Shown piece after piece: positions 49,604 through 59,553 of a stretch of DNA of 64,000 nt; the first letter of the stretch is position 1, and the number at the start of each line of letters is the position of its first letter. Position numbers and translations under genes: made by a program. Location of the stretch: positions 224,001 through 288,000 of the forward strand of contig JBFWJC010000002.1 in the NCBI GenBank assembly GCA_050253415.1, given 5' to 3'. The stretch comes from Pedobacter sp. (GTDB lineage: Bacteria; Desulfobacterota; Desulfuromonadia; Desulfuromonadales; Syntrophotaleaceae). The notes below the pieces were generated by a model. That model had not been told where the DNA came from and did no database searches. It saw nothing but the letters and a program-made list of their open reading frames with translations.

Positions 49604-50794
49604 TCAGCGGTCACTGAGGTAGCGAACGCCTTTTTCCAGTCCATCCAGGTTTAACTCGAACATGGGAATAATCTCCCGGATTATGCTGATGGTTTCTCCA
49701 TAATCCCACAAAGATGAGGAGATGGGATTGAACCATGCGGCATGGCGGAATGTTGCACTCAACGTCTTCAGCCGTTCGATGCTCGGCTTTTTCTGCCGAT
49801 ATGCCAGTTCGATGGATCCGTTTACCGCCAGCAACTCTTCGGGGGCCATGCTGGCATCGCCTACGAAAATCAGGCGCGTTTCAGGGTCGCGTCGCAGCAG
49901 CTCTTCTATGGGTTCAGGGCTGTGGCGGCGTTGGGGATCGATCCAGACCCGGTCGGTGACTATGTTGTGGAAATAGCGGATGGCAAGGTCCTTGAATTGG
50001 GAGCGGGAGTGATGGAACAGGGCCTGGACCGTCTCCACGTACGGTTCCATGGACCAGCCACCGTTGTCGATAAGCAGCAGGACTTTGAGCCGGTCCAACA
50101 GCCGCCGGTCAAAAACGATTTCGATTTCCCCGGCATTGCGCATGGTCTGGTATATGGTTTTGTCCACGTTCAGCTCATCCATCGGGCCGACCGGCTTGAG
50201 ATGGCGAAGGCGTTTCAAGGCTTCCCCCATCTGGCTGCGCGTCAAGGGGGCGCTGCGGGAATAGTCCCGGTAACGTCGCTCCAACGCCACTTTGCTGGCG
50301 GAATGGGCGCGGGATCGGCCACCGATGCGCAGGCCGCCGGGTCGCGTGCCCGAGTGGCCTACGGGTGACACGCCGCCCGTACCGATCCACTTGCTGCCGC
50401 CGTAATGCACCGCTTTTTGATCCTGCAGACGGTCCAGAAGATATTGCTCCAGCTCTTCGGCGCTGAGCCGGCGCAACTCCTTCTCGGTCAGGCCCAAAGC
50501 TTTGGCGAGATCCTCGGGGATGTTCAGCCAATCCTCCAGAAGCTGACGGGCCACTTCATCCAAGAAAAGTTCTTCCACTGGCACCGCTTCAACCCCGGCG
50601 AACAACTCGGCAAACACCTGATCGTAGGTATCGAAATCCCGCTCGCTCTTCACCAGGATCGCCCGTGCTACGATGTAGAAATCGTGCAGCGAAGCCACCA
50701 GGCCGAGACTCAAGGCTTTTTGCAGTCGCAGAAAGGCCGTGGGCGTTACCGACACCCCCCGTTTGCGCAGGGTATAAAAGAAGGACACGAACAT
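49604..50794 (-). CDS. vWA-domain (CoxE-like) partner of MoxR
   Basis: H.GGSKWIGTGG.SP.G, LLIDNGGWSM, YFHN, FVGDASMAP.EL. Confidence 0.85.
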   Translation of the reverse strand: MFVSFFYTLRKRGVSVTPTAFLRLQKALSLGLVASLHDFYIVARAILVKSERDFDTYDQVFAELFAGVEAVPVEELFLDEVARQLLEDWLNIPEDLAKALGLTEKELRRLSAEELEQYLLDRLQDQKAVHYGGSKWIGTGGVSPVGHSGTRPGGLRIGGRSRAHSASKVALERRYRDYSRSAPLTRSQMGEALKRLRHLKPVGPMDELNVDKTIYQTMRNAGEIEIVFDRRLLDRLKVLLLIDNGGWSMEPYVETVQALFHHSRSQFKDLAIRYFHNIVTDRVWIDPQRRHSPEPIEELLRRDPETRLIFVGDASMAPEELLAVNGSIELAYRQKKPSIERLKTLSATFRHAAWFNPISSSLWDYGETISIIREIIPMFELNLDGLEKGVRYLSDR

Positions 50795-50799
50795 CGATC

Positions 50800-51654
50800 T
50801 TACTCCTGTTCGTTGCTGAAAAGCTTTTCCGAAGATGCTTTTTGCAAGTCGTTGCTCTTTTTGAACAGGACTCCGAGATACGGAAGCACTCCATCTCTCA
50901 AAGTTTCGATCCGGAACTCCGGATCGGCCTTAAGCGCGCGTATCCAGTTGAGCAGTTCACGGGTGGCCGGTTTTTTCTCAACTCCTTGTATCTGCCGCAA
51001 CCGGTAAAACGACGTGATGGCGGCATCGGCAAGATCGTTGGTCAGATCCGGAAAATGAACGGTAATAATGCGGCGCATGACCTCCGGTTGCGGAAAGGCG
51101 ATGTGGTGAAAATTGCAGCGCCCCAAAAACGGATCGGAGAGATCCTTCTTGGCGTTGGAGGTAATGACCACCACCGGGCGGAAGCGGGCCGTCACCGTAC
51201 GGTCAATCTCCAGGATATCGAACTGCATCTGGTCAAGCACGTCCAGCATATCGTCCTGAAAATCAGTATCTGCTTTGTCGATTTCATCGATGAGCAACAC
51301 GGTCCTCTGTTCGGCCGTAAAAGCCTGACCAATCTTGCCCATGCGGATGTATTGGGAAATGTCGCTCACATCGCGGCTCGAATCGGCGAAGCGGCTGTCG
51401 TTGAGACGCGTGAGGGTATCGTACTGATAAAGCGCCTCAACCAGCCTCATGCTTGATTTAACGTTCAGGACCACAAGCGGCATCTCGAGGCTCTCGGCGA
51501 TGGCGTGCGCAAGCATGGTCTTGCCGGTGCCCGGCTCCCCCTTGAGGAGCAGCGGCATCTCCAAAGCCATGGAGACATTGACAATCTTGGCCAGTTCGTC
51601 GTCGAGAATGTAGCGGCTGGCTCCTGCAAAACGATGAAAATCCTGTTCTGACAT
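50800..51654 (-). CDS. MoxR family AAA+ ATPase
   Basis: GEPGTGKT, LLIDEIDKA, ITSN, FLGRC, KKPATREL. Confidence 0.92.
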   Translation of the reverse strand: MSEQDFHRFAGASRYILDDELAKIVNVSMALEMPLLLKGEPGTGKTMLAHAIAESLEMPLVVLNVKSSMRLVEALYQYDTLTRLNDSRFADSSRDVSDISQYIRMGKIGQAFTAEQRTVLLIDEIDKADTDFQDDMLDVLDQMQFDILEIDRTVTARFRPVVVITSNAKKDLSDPFLGRCNFHHIAFPQPEVMRRIITVHFPDLTNDLADAAITSFYRLRQIQGVEKKPATRELLNWIRALKADPEFRIETLRDGVLPYLGVLFKKSNDLQKASSEKLFSNEQE

Positions 51655-51990
51655 GGCATCGGCTCCTTATCGGTGGGGCCAACTCAAGGCTGTTGATCAA
51701 GTGTTGCACTCATGGCTGGCCGCCCCGGAGTTTTTTGCCCCATAAAGTCCGCTCCCCTTGGCTCAGGCTAGCCGCGGGGGCGTTCAGCCAGAGTCAATGA
51801 GCCGGAAACCGGCAGGTAGGACTTATGGAAGTACGATAATTTATTCTAGCAGGAGTTGAGGATAAAAAGACAGGTGGCCATGGCGATGGGGGGAGTTGAA
51901 CAAACAGGCGCTGGTCTTCATGCGGGTGGTCTTTTCGAAGAAAAGAGCCATGAGAGTGGTAAAACTCAGCCACACAGCCTTGACTTCGTT

Positions 51991-53157
51991 TCATTTCATT
52001 TCCACGAAGACTTTGATCTGGGAAGGCTGGATTTCGGTCACCTCGAGGTCCCGTGGCACTAAAATCGAGGACGGGGTAAGAGAAAAGGTTTGCCTTCCGA
52101 ACCGTGTGAGGGTCGCATCGACGGGGATGGTCAGTTTTTCCGGGTCGAAGAGAAACAGATTCCGCCTGGGCCCCGATAGCGTAACCACGACCTCGGCGGG
52201 CACCACCTCGACCAGAGTGAAATCGGCCGGGACGTTTTCTACTGTGACCGGAACCCGACGGACAAGAATGTCAATCTCCGATCCGGGAACCAGGAACAGC
52301 CAGAGGATCACGGCCAGGAACACGGCCAGTAGCCCTTCAAGAGACCCCTTGCCCAAAAATTTAGCCGAGGTCGGCTTTGGCGTCCAGGAATTCCCATGTG
52401 CCTCAAAAAACCCTGCAACCGTCTCTTCCAGGTCCTTTAAGCGGAGGAGCGTGCGCAATATTCCGTTCCGGGCTGCCGATACTTTTCCGGTTTCCTCCGA
52501 TACCACCAGGATCAGGGCATCGGTTTTTTCTGCCAATCCGAGGGCCGCGGCATGACGTGTGCCGCGACCTTGCAACTGGTCTGCATTCTGCGAAAGAGGC
52601 AGATGCACGCCGAAGCGTTTAACCCGGGAACCCTCCACGATGAGGGCTCCATCGTGTCCCGGGGAATTAGGGTCGAAGATACTCAACAGCAAAGGCAGCG
52701 TTAACTGCCCGTTCAGGGGAACGCCTTCAGTGGTGAACCAATCCAGGGAGTCTCCGGCCGGCAGCATTATCAGCGCTCCCCGGCGCTCTTTTGACAAGAT
52801 ACTGAGCCCTTCGCAGAGGATCTCGGGGATGGCCCGGGAGAGTGGGGGCGTTCGCTTGCCGCCCAACCTTCCGGGGAGTCGCTCCAGAAACATGCGGATT
52901 TCGCTTTGGAACACGACGATTACGATGAGAACGATAAGGGCCGCCAGCCCTTGAAGGATCCATTCTGTCAACTTCATCTCAAGTTGCTTAGCAACCAGAA
53001 ACAGGACGCCGAACGCCAGCAGGGCCAGACCGGCGGTCCGCATCCGGCTCCGGCGCAGGGCGTCGATCCCCAGCCATAGCAGGGCGGAGGCCAAGGCAAT
53101 ATCCAGGACATCCTTCCATCCGATTCCTTGCAGCAGACCTAAAAAATGCCAGAACAT
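51991..53157 (-). CDS. Diadenylate cyclase (CdaA-type) fused to TM + YbbR/CdaR domain
   Basis: Three N-terminal TMs, VFQSEIR, SPGHDGA, GTRHAAALG, VSEETG, then a fourth TM and a beta-rich YbbR-like domain. Confidence 0.88.
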   Translation of the reverse strand: MFWHFLGLLQGIGWKDVLDIALASALLWLGIDALRRSRMRTAGLALLAFGVLFLVAKQLEMKLTEWILQGLAALIVLIVIVVFQSEIRMFLERLPGRLGGKRTPPLSRAIPEILCEGLSILSKERRGALIMLPAGDSLDWFTTEGVPLNGQLTLPLLLSIFDPNSPGHDGALIVEGSRVKRFGVHLPLSQNADQLQGRGTRHAAALGLAEKTDALILVVSEETGKVSAARNGILRTLLRLKDLEETVAGFFEAHGNSWTPKPTSAKFLGKGSLEGLLAVFLAVILWLFLVPGSEIDILVRRVPVTVENVPADFTLVEVVPAEVVVTLSGPRRNLFLFDPEKLTIPVDATLTRFGRQTFSLTPSSILVPRDLEVTEIQPSQIKVFVEMK

Positions 53158-53460
53158 CTTATTTTCCTCTCTTGCGTAAAGCCAATTCAACGGGAGGCAT
53201 ATTCGGCAAATCCTCTTGGGAAATCATAGCACGGATTATTCAGCCGCGGATGGTCAAGGGGCGGGCCAAATGAGGCCTCTGAACTTCCGGAGAAACCTTG
53301 ATAAAGGGTGCCCTGCCGTTCTCAATATTCCGATCCTGTCCGAGGGGGTTGCTTCCGGGACCGCGTTTTGAGTCTGCCCGGTGCGTCGGGAAGCAATGGT
53401 GGGCGCGGAGCGATATATCTGGTATTCTATGGGCAAAACTCCCTTGCCCAGGATGATGCG

Positions 53461-54390
53461 ATGACTCCAGTTTCACTACGTCCGATCCCTGTTCGCGCAT
53501 TTCTGCCGGCCGGGGCCGTTTTCATGTTCTTTTCGCTTCTGCCGCTGGGCGTTTTAACTGCCGGTCCGGTATCGTTAGGCGGCGCGATGGTTGCGCGCTT
53601 TCTTATCCCTGCTTCTGCCCTGATTTTCATCGCTATTCTCTCGCTGGCCTGTGCCGTCTTCACCTTGTACCAGGAACCAATGTTCCTTCGTTTTCCCGGC
53701 ATTCGGCGGATCATGGTGCTGGGATCCCTGAGCCTGGGGGCCGGCCTCTTTCTGCTTCTGCGTCATACGGAAATGTATCGGGATGTGTTTTTTATCCTGG
53801 CTTCGGCCAACCTGGTCCTTTTTGCCTTGCTCCTTGGCAACTTCCTGGTTGCCGGGCTCAGCAGGCCTTCAGAACTTGTCCCGGTGTGCATCGTGATGTC
53901 GGTAACGGATCTGCTGAGCGTTTTGGCAGGCCCAAGCAAACAGATGATCGAAGGGATAGACGTTTTTTATCGTAATGGACGAAAGGGTCCCGTGCCCTTG
54001 GCCGATTTTCTGCTGGTCAAAATTGCGGTGCCCGGCGTCGACCATCTTTTGCCGGTTTTTGGGGTGGCTGACGTCGTTATTCTGGCTTTTTTGATCGCCG
54101 CGGCCCATAAATTCCAACTTGACGATAATCTTCTGGGGCGCGGATTTTGGGAAAAAAAAGGTTGTCGACGCCTGCCATTGTGGTTCCCGGCGGCGGGGGC
54201 GGGGCTTGCTTTTGCCCTGCTTGCGGCGCATGGTTTAGGCATATTCCTTCCTGCGCTGCCGTTGGTAGCCGTGTTCTTCCTCGGCTACACCCTTCCTCGC
54301 CATCCGAAGATGCGGCTGCTCCGGAGGACCGAATGGGCGGTAGTACTTATCAGCCTCGCGTTCCTGTCCGGCTGGGCGATTTGGGCATGA
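53461..54390 (+). CDS. Polytopic membrane protein, presenilin/signal-peptide-peptidase-like
   Basis: ~9 TMs; TDLLSVLAGP, FGVAD, LPALPL. Confidence 0.6.
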   Translation: MTPVSLRPIPVRAFLPAGAVFMFFSLLPLGVLTAGPVSLGGAMVARFLIPASALIFIAILSLACAVFTLYQEPMFLRFPGIRRIMVLGSLSLGAGLFLLLRHTEMYRDVFFILASANLVLFALLLGNFLVAGLSRPSELVPVCIVMSVTDLLSVLAGPSKQMIEGIDVFYRNGRKGPVPLADFLLVKIAVPGVDHLLPVFGVADVVILAFLIAAAHKFQLDDNLLGRGFWEKKGCRRLPLWFPAAGAGLAFALLAAHGLGIFLPALPLVAVFFLGYTLPRHPKMRLLRRTEWAVVLISLAFLSGWAIWA

Positions 54391-54493
54391 CGGGATTGCA
54401 CAGGGCCTCTGTGAAACTCTTCTGTTGTGTCAGATTGTCTGATTTATACTTATTATTAAAAAAATGAACTGTATCAAATTTAGTCCGAAGGAG

Positions 54494-54546
54494 GAGGCGC
54501 GTCTACGCTTTCTACAAAATGAATTGTGCAGACGCGACCCCTTTTT
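54494..54546. repeat. REP-like hairpin (GCGTCT...AGACGCGACCC + T-run)
   Basis: Related to 56420-56474. Confidence 0.55.
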
Positions 54547-54552
54547 ATCTCT

Positions 54553-54668
54553 CTATTATTGTGGTCAGCCTGATAACCACTAAACCGGATGAACATACCC
54601 TGAAAAAATTCGATGAAGCCAGGCAGCTCGTCATAAACAGGTAAAAATTGGGGCGGGCATGCCCTGAC
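54553..54668 (+). repeat. Direct repeat copy 2 (orphan putP 3' end)
   Basis: Encodes IIVVSLITTKPDEHTLKKFDEARQLVINR*, the same as the PutP C-terminus. Confidence 0.92.
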
Positions 54669-55468
54669 TAACCCTTGCGTTGCCGCGCATACTTTCCGGG
54701 TGGTGCTCCCATAATCCGGCGGAACATTCCGACAAAGGCACTCAGGCTCTGGTAACCCAGGTCGTAGGCGATGCGGGTGACCTGCTGTCCCTGGTCAAGT
54801 CGTTTGATCGCCTCCTGCAAAAGCAATCGCTTGCGCCATGCGCCGAAAGTCAGACCGGTTTCGGTTACGAAAAGTCGCGCCAGGGTCCGTCCGCTGGCTC
54901 CGGCAACAACTCCCCACTGCTCAAGATCACGTTTATCCGCCGGGTTCTCCAGTAAAGCTTCCATGACCCGCAGCAGCCTCCGGTCCTGTGCCATCGGCAG
55001 ATGAAGCGGAGTGACAGGCGCCTGTCGCAGTTCATCCAGAACGACCTGCATGAGGCGCCATCCCGCACTTTCCGGTTCGTAGTCCTCCCCGACCCCCACG
55101 GCCTTCAAGATCAATTCCCGCAGCAGGGGGGATACTTTCAGCACGGCGCATTGTTGCGGCATGCCTACGGTTGCCGTTGGATCGACAAACAGGTTGCGCA
55201 GTGCCACCTCGCCGGGAAAATACACTTCATGGGCCTGATGCGGCGGAAGCCAGACCGCCTGGGAAGGGGGAACCACCCAGATATCCCCTGCACAGATCAC
55301 CCGCATCACGCCGCTGCTGGCGTAGACCAGCTGCCCGCGCGGATGGGCGTGGGAGGCGGCACAGCCGGCTTCGCGCACCTGCATGGCCAAGGGAATGATC
55401 GGCAGATTGGTGTCCAGGCGGTAGCCCAGTTCCACGGGCGGCAGTTTTGTCAGTTTTGAGATATCCAT
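54668..55468 (-). CDS. AraC family transcriptional regulator (cupin + HTH)
   Basis: HAHPRGQL, RTLARLF..ETG.TF..WR, LGYQSLSAF. Confidence 0.92.
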   Translation of the reverse strand: MDISKLTKLPPVELGYRLDTNLPIIPLAMQVREAGCAASHAHPRGQLVYASSGVMRVICAGDIWVVPPSQAVWLPPHQAHEVYFPGEVALRNLFVDPTATVGMPQQCAVLKVSPLLRELILKAVGVGEDYEPESAGWRLMQVVLDELRQAPVTPLHLPMAQDRRLLRVMEALLENPADKRDLEQWGVVAGASGRTLARLFVTETGLTFGAWRKRLLLQEAIKRLDQGQQVTRIAYDLGYQSLSAFVGMFRRIMGAPPGKYARQRKG

Positions 55469-55560
55469 TGTCTTACTATAGGAAGATTGCCACGCTTGGA
55501 CAAGTTATAGTTGGCTTCATTTAGACTTGGTACGGTGAGTTGGAGTAAAGGAGTGACGCT

Positions 55561-56325
55561 ATGAGTAACGACCATCGGGCAGGAATCATTGACCAGTTTT
55601 CCAGGCAGGCAATCCCTTTTACCCGGGTGCCGGGACATCTCGATGCTATTGGGTTGTTGATGGAGATGGCACAGGTGACCGGCACCGACAGCGTGCTGGA
55701 TGTTGCCTGCGGCCCGGGCCTGGTGGCCTGCGAGTTCGCCAAGCAGGCCGATCATGTCACCGGTATCGACATTACCCCGGCCATGATCGAGCAGGCCCGT
55801 AACCTGCAACGAGAAAAGAGCCTTGCCAACCTGACCTGGACCGTTGGCGATGCCTTGCCGCTGCCTTGGCCAGACAACAGCTTTTCCTTGGTCATCACCC
55901 GCTACAGCTTTCACCATTTTTTGCAGCCGGCAGCGGTTATCGCGGAGATGGTCCGGGTCTGTATGCCGGGGGGCAGGGTGCTGGTTGCCGATGTGGCGGT
56001 GGAAGCCGACAAGTCGGAGGCCTATGACCGGATGGAGCGTATGCGCGATCCTTCCCATACCCATGCCCTCACCGAGGAGGAGTTTGACGCGCTGTTTCAG
56101 CAGGCGGGACTGCGGGATTGCCGCCGAACCTCGTATGGCGTTGAGATCGAGCTGGAGTCCCAGTTGCGGGCCTCCTTTCCTCGATCGGGCGACAAACAGA
56201 ACCTGCGCCGGATGATCACTGCAGATATCGGTTTGAACAGGCTGGGAATAAAGCCGTGCAGGGAGAACGGCATGGTGGTCTATACCGTACCGATAGCGGT
56301 TTTGGTGGGCACAAAGGAAGATTAG
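55561..56325 (+). CDS. Class I SAM-dependent methyltransferase
   Basis: VLDVACGPG, GDA..LPW.D..F; divergent from the AraC gene. Confidence 0.9.
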   Translation: MSNDHRAGIIDQFSRQAIPFTRVPGHLDAIGLLMEMAQVTGTDSVLDVACGPGLVACEFAKQADHVTGIDITPAMIEQARNLQREKSLANLTWTVGDALPLPWPDNSFSLVITRYSFHHFLQPAAVIAEMVRVCMPGGRVLVADVAVEADKSEAYDRMERMRDPSHTHALTEEEFDALFQQAGLRDCRRTSYGVEIELESQLRASFPRSGDKQNLRRMITADIGLNRLGIKPCRENGMVVYTVPIAVLVGTKED

Positions 56326-56419
56326 TGCGTTTAGGTAATGCGATGGATGCAAACAATGTTCGGAATTCCAGAGAGACCTTACGCATTGCCCAAAAGAAAG
56401 TAGCATCTATCAGCTTCTT

Positions 56420-56474
56420 GGGTCCGCGCCTCAACTTCTGACAAGGTTAAAGTTGAGACGCGGACCCTTTTTTT
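56420..56474. repeat. REP-like hairpin/terminator
   Basis: GGGTCCGCGCCTCAACTT...AAGTTGAGACGCGGACCC + T-run. Confidence 0.65.
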
Positions 56475-56524
56475 ACTCATGGTAAAATAGGTTGTAACCG
56501 CACTATCGGAAAGGAGTGGCAGGG

Positions 56525-56782
56525 ATGCAACCGGTTCAGGATCTGCTCCATCGCATTCAATGGGACAAGGTTTTTGCCGATGCGGTTTTCGAGATCGGGT
56601 ATTACGACCGTATCGAAGACCGGATTATTCTGGTCCCCTTTTCGGCGCTTCACTTCCCCAAGGACGATCATTTTGCTTTTGAATTCTACGATAGCAGCGG
56701 TGGCGTTCGTAGCGTGCCGTTCCATAGGGTTCGGGAGGTTTATCGGGATGGGCAGTGTATCTGGAGGCGGGTTCACAATTAG
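56525..56782 (+). CDS. DUF504 domain protein
   Basis: LLHRIQWD, IGYYDR, VPFHRVREV..DG..IW.R. Confidence 0.85.
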   Translation: MQPVQDLLHRIQWDKVFADAVFEIGYYDRIEDRIILVPFSALHFPKDDHFAFEFYDSSGGVRSVPFHRVREVYRDGQCIWRRVHN

Positions 56783-56856
56783 ATAAAGCGAGTCATGTTG
56801 CCCTCTGGCAGCTTGGTTTCCTTGCGTATTTCCGAGATTAAATATTGCATGGCAAG

Positions 56857-56886
56857 AGCGGCCCTCCCCGATCGGGGAGGGCCGCT
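56857..56886. terminator. Terminator hairpin between convergent genes
   Basis: AGCGGCCCTCCCCG-AT-CGGGGAGGGCCGCT perfect palindrome. Confidence 0.65.
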
Positions 56887-56901
56887 TGTGATCAGGCCGC
56901 A

Positions 56902-58380
56902 TCAGGTCCCGCAGAAGGTTTTATAGGGTTGATCGGAAGGAGCGGGCGGCTGGCGATACTCCGCATATTCGGGTTGGTCGTCGTAGGGCCGGGACAGGAC
57001 CTCAAGCAGCCGCTCCAGCACTGAGAAATCGTCTCGCTCCTGCGCGGCGGCCAACGCCTCTTCGACCCGATGGTTGCGCGGGATAAAAGCCGGGTTGTGG
57101 GCGCGCATGCGTTCGCGGGAGGTTTCCACGGATTCCTCCTGCCGTGTCAGGCGGGCCTGCCAGCGTTGGTGCCATGCGGTGAAGTTCGGATCGCGGAAGA
57201 CCGGTGTGTCCGGCAGGGTTTCCAGCGTCAGGTCGCGCAGGGTGTTGGTGTAGTCCGCTTGATTCTGTAAAATGCAGGTCAACAGATCCTGCATCAAAGA
57301 CATGTCATCGTCTTCTTCGCTGAAGAGTCCGAGTTTGGCCCGCATGCCGGTCAGTCTGAAGTGCCGGAATACATCGGGGAACGTACTCAGGCTCTGGTTG
57401 GCCAATTCAACGGCTTTTTCCTCTTCATCGTGCAGCAGCGGCAGCAGGGTTTCGGCGAGACGGGTCAGGTTCCACTGCACCATGGAAGGTTGTCTGCCAA
57501 AGGCATAACGACCTCCCTGGTCGATGGAGCTGAATACGGTGGCCGGATCGTAGCTGTCCATGAACGCGCAAGGGCCGTAATCGATGCTTTCACCGCACAG
57601 GGCCATGTTGTCGGTGTTCATCACGCCGTGGATAAAACCGACATGCAGCCACTGGACGACCAGCGACACCTGCCGCTCCAGCACCGCCTGCAAGAGGGCC
57701 AGAAAAGGATTGTCGGCTTGCAGCAGCTCAGGAAAATGGCGGCGGATAGTGTACTCGGCCAGTGTTCGGATCCCCTCCAGGTTTCTTTGGGCCGCGAGGT
57801 ATTCGAAGGTGCCGACGCGGATGTGGCTGGCTGCCACCCGCGTGAGGATTGCGCCGGGCAGCGGTGTTTCGCGGTACACCGGTTCGCCGCTGGTCACCAC
57901 CGCGAGGCTGCGGGTGGTAGGAATGCCCAGCGCATGCATCGCTTCGCTGATGATGTACTCCCGCAGCATGGGGCCGAGGACTGCGCGTCCGTCGCCTCCA
58001 CGGGAAAACGGCGTCTGACCGGAGCCTTTAAGCTGGATGTCAAACCGTTCACCCGTCGGCGTGAGGTGCTCGCCCAGCAGGTGGGCCCGGCCATCGCCGA
58101 GCATGGTGAAATGCCCGAACTGATGCCCTGCATAGGCCTGGCAGATCGGTTGCGCACCTTCGGGGATACGGTTGCCTGAGAAGATAGCCACGCCCGCGTC
58201 TCCTGCCAGAGCGTTGCTGTTTAAACCCAGAGTCTCGGCGAGGGAACGGTTGAAAATCGCCATCCGTGGCGCACGCACCGGGGTGGGATCCAGACGGGAG
58301 TACAGGTAATCCGGCAGGCGGGCATAACTGTTATCAAAATTCCAGCCCAGGCTGGTTGTATTATTGTCAGTGGTTGTCAT
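56902..58380 (-). CDS. selO: Protein adenylyltransferase SelO (YdiU)
   Basis: [42 protein letters not shown], ends TFCGT. Confidence 0.95.
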   Translation of the reverse strand: MTTTDNNTTSLGWNFDNSYARLPDYLYSRLDPTPVRAPRMAIFNRSLAETLGLNSNALAGDAGVAIFSGNRIPEGAQPICQAYAGHQFGHFTMLGDGRAHLLGEHLTPTGERFDIQLKGSGQTPFSRGGDGRAVLGPMLREYIISEAMHALGIPTTRSLAVVTSGEPVYRETPLPGAILTRVAASHIRVGTFEYLAAQRNLEGIRTLAEYTIRRHFPELLQADNPFLALLQAVLERQVSLVVQWLHVGFIHGVMNTDNMALCGESIDYGPCAFMDSYDPATVFSSIDQGGRYAFGRQPSMVQWNLTRLAETLLPLLHDEEEKAVELANQSLSTFPDVFRHFRLTGMRAKLGLFSEEDDDMSLMQDLLTCILQNQADYTNTLRDLTLETLPDTPVFRDPNFTAWHQRWQARLTRQEESVETSRERMRAHNPAFIPRNHRVEEALAAAQERDDFSVLERLLEVLSRPYDDQPEYAEYRQPPAPSDQPYKTFCGT

Positions 58381-58688
58381 AGGCCTCCTGAAGGGTAAGG
58401 GGAGGTGTTCCCGTTCCTGTTTTCCAGCTTGGCCCGGAGTTGTCAGGGCGGCGGATGTGGCGGCTGGAAGTCGAATTTCGTTGCGGGTAAGCACGTTTCA
58501 TTGTTTATGGATAAAGTCTATAGTATGGGATCGGATTTAGGCAAGTTCTGCAGGGAGCATGCGGACCTTGGCATTGCCGGGATGGGAACTTTGTCTCTGC
58601 GACACTCTGATGTTGTGCTCTCTGGCCGGATTTGCTACCATCGTCCCGAACCATTAATTACGTCAAATACATTGATACGGAGGGATTC

Positions 58689-59393
58689 ATGTTGGAAGAT
58701 CAAGCGGTTCACGCCAGAGAGTCTGTCGCCGTTGCGCAGACGGATGCTTTTTTCCCCAAGGTTTACAACTGGATGACAGCAGGGCTCGGGCTATCGGCCG
58801 TGGTTGCGCTGCTGACCGTTTCGAGTCAGGCCATGATGCAGTTGGTTTTCGGCAACCGGCTGGTATTTTTCGGGCTGATCATCGCCGAACTGCTGCTGGT
58901 GGTGACTCTCTCCGGGGCCATTCAGCGTCTCAGCGCAGCGGCCGCAACCGGCTTTTTCCTTGCCTACTCCGCACTCAGCGGGGTGACGCTGGCAGCCATC
59001 TTTGTTCTTTACACGCAGAGCTCCATCGCCAGCACCTTCTTTGTGACGGCCGGAACGTTTGGCGCCATGAGCGTCTACGGGCATGTCACGCGCCGGGATC
59101 TGACCTCCTGGGGCAGTTTCCTGTTCATGGGGCTGATCGGTTTTCTGCTGGCGTCGGTGGTCAACATGTTTCTGCATAGCGAGATGATCTACTGGATCAG
59201 TACCTATTGCGGCATTCTGATCTTTGTCGGGTTGACCGCCTACGACACCCAGAAACTCAAGGTTCTGGCCATGGGCGGATTTGCCAACAGCGAAGATCGT
59301 CACAAAGCGGCCATCCTCGGCGCGCTGCGTCTTTACCTCGATTTCATTAATCTTTTTCTGTTGCTGCTGCGGGTGCTCGGACGGCGTCGGTAA
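58689..59393 (+). CDS. Bax inhibitor-1/YccA family membrane protein
   Basis: KVYNWM..GL, TAYDTQKLK, ALRLYLDFINLF. Confidence 0.93.
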   Translation: MLEDQAVHARESVAVAQTDAFFPKVYNWMTAGLGLSAVVALLTVSSQAMMQLVFGNRLVFFGLIIAELLLVVTLSGAIQRLSAAAATGFFLAYSALSGVTLAAIFVLYTQSSIASTFFVTAGTFGAMSVYGHVTRRDLTSWGSFLFMGLIGFLLASVVNMFLHSEMIYWISTYCGILIFVGLTAYDTQKLKVLAMGGFANSEDRHKAAILGALRLYLDFINLFLLLLRVLGRRR

Positions 59394-59426
59394 GCGGGCG
59401 GCAGGGATCCTTCTGCCGGTTGATAC

Positions 59427-59462
59427 AAAAGGGGCGGCCACGGTGTGGTCGCCCCTTTTTTT
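59427..59462. terminator. Bidirectional terminator
   Basis: AAAAGGGGCGGCCAC..GTGGTCGCCCCTTTT. Confidence 0.7.
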
Positions 59463-59553
59463 AGTGCAGGGTGGTGGGGCTGTGCTGGTTCGCTGCGGGT
59501 AACTCTGCACGGATACCCTTGAGCATGATTGAGCAAAGCCTCTGTGGAGAATC

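Noticed and set aside
53160..53460. c-di-AMP or other riboswitch beside the DAC gene
   Set aside because: No recognisable aptamer consensus by eye; an Rfam scan would be needed to exclude it.
56902..56920. Selenocysteine read-through at the SelO TGA
   Set aside because: The protein ends in the normal bacterial TFCGT; the downstream hairpin fits a terminator.
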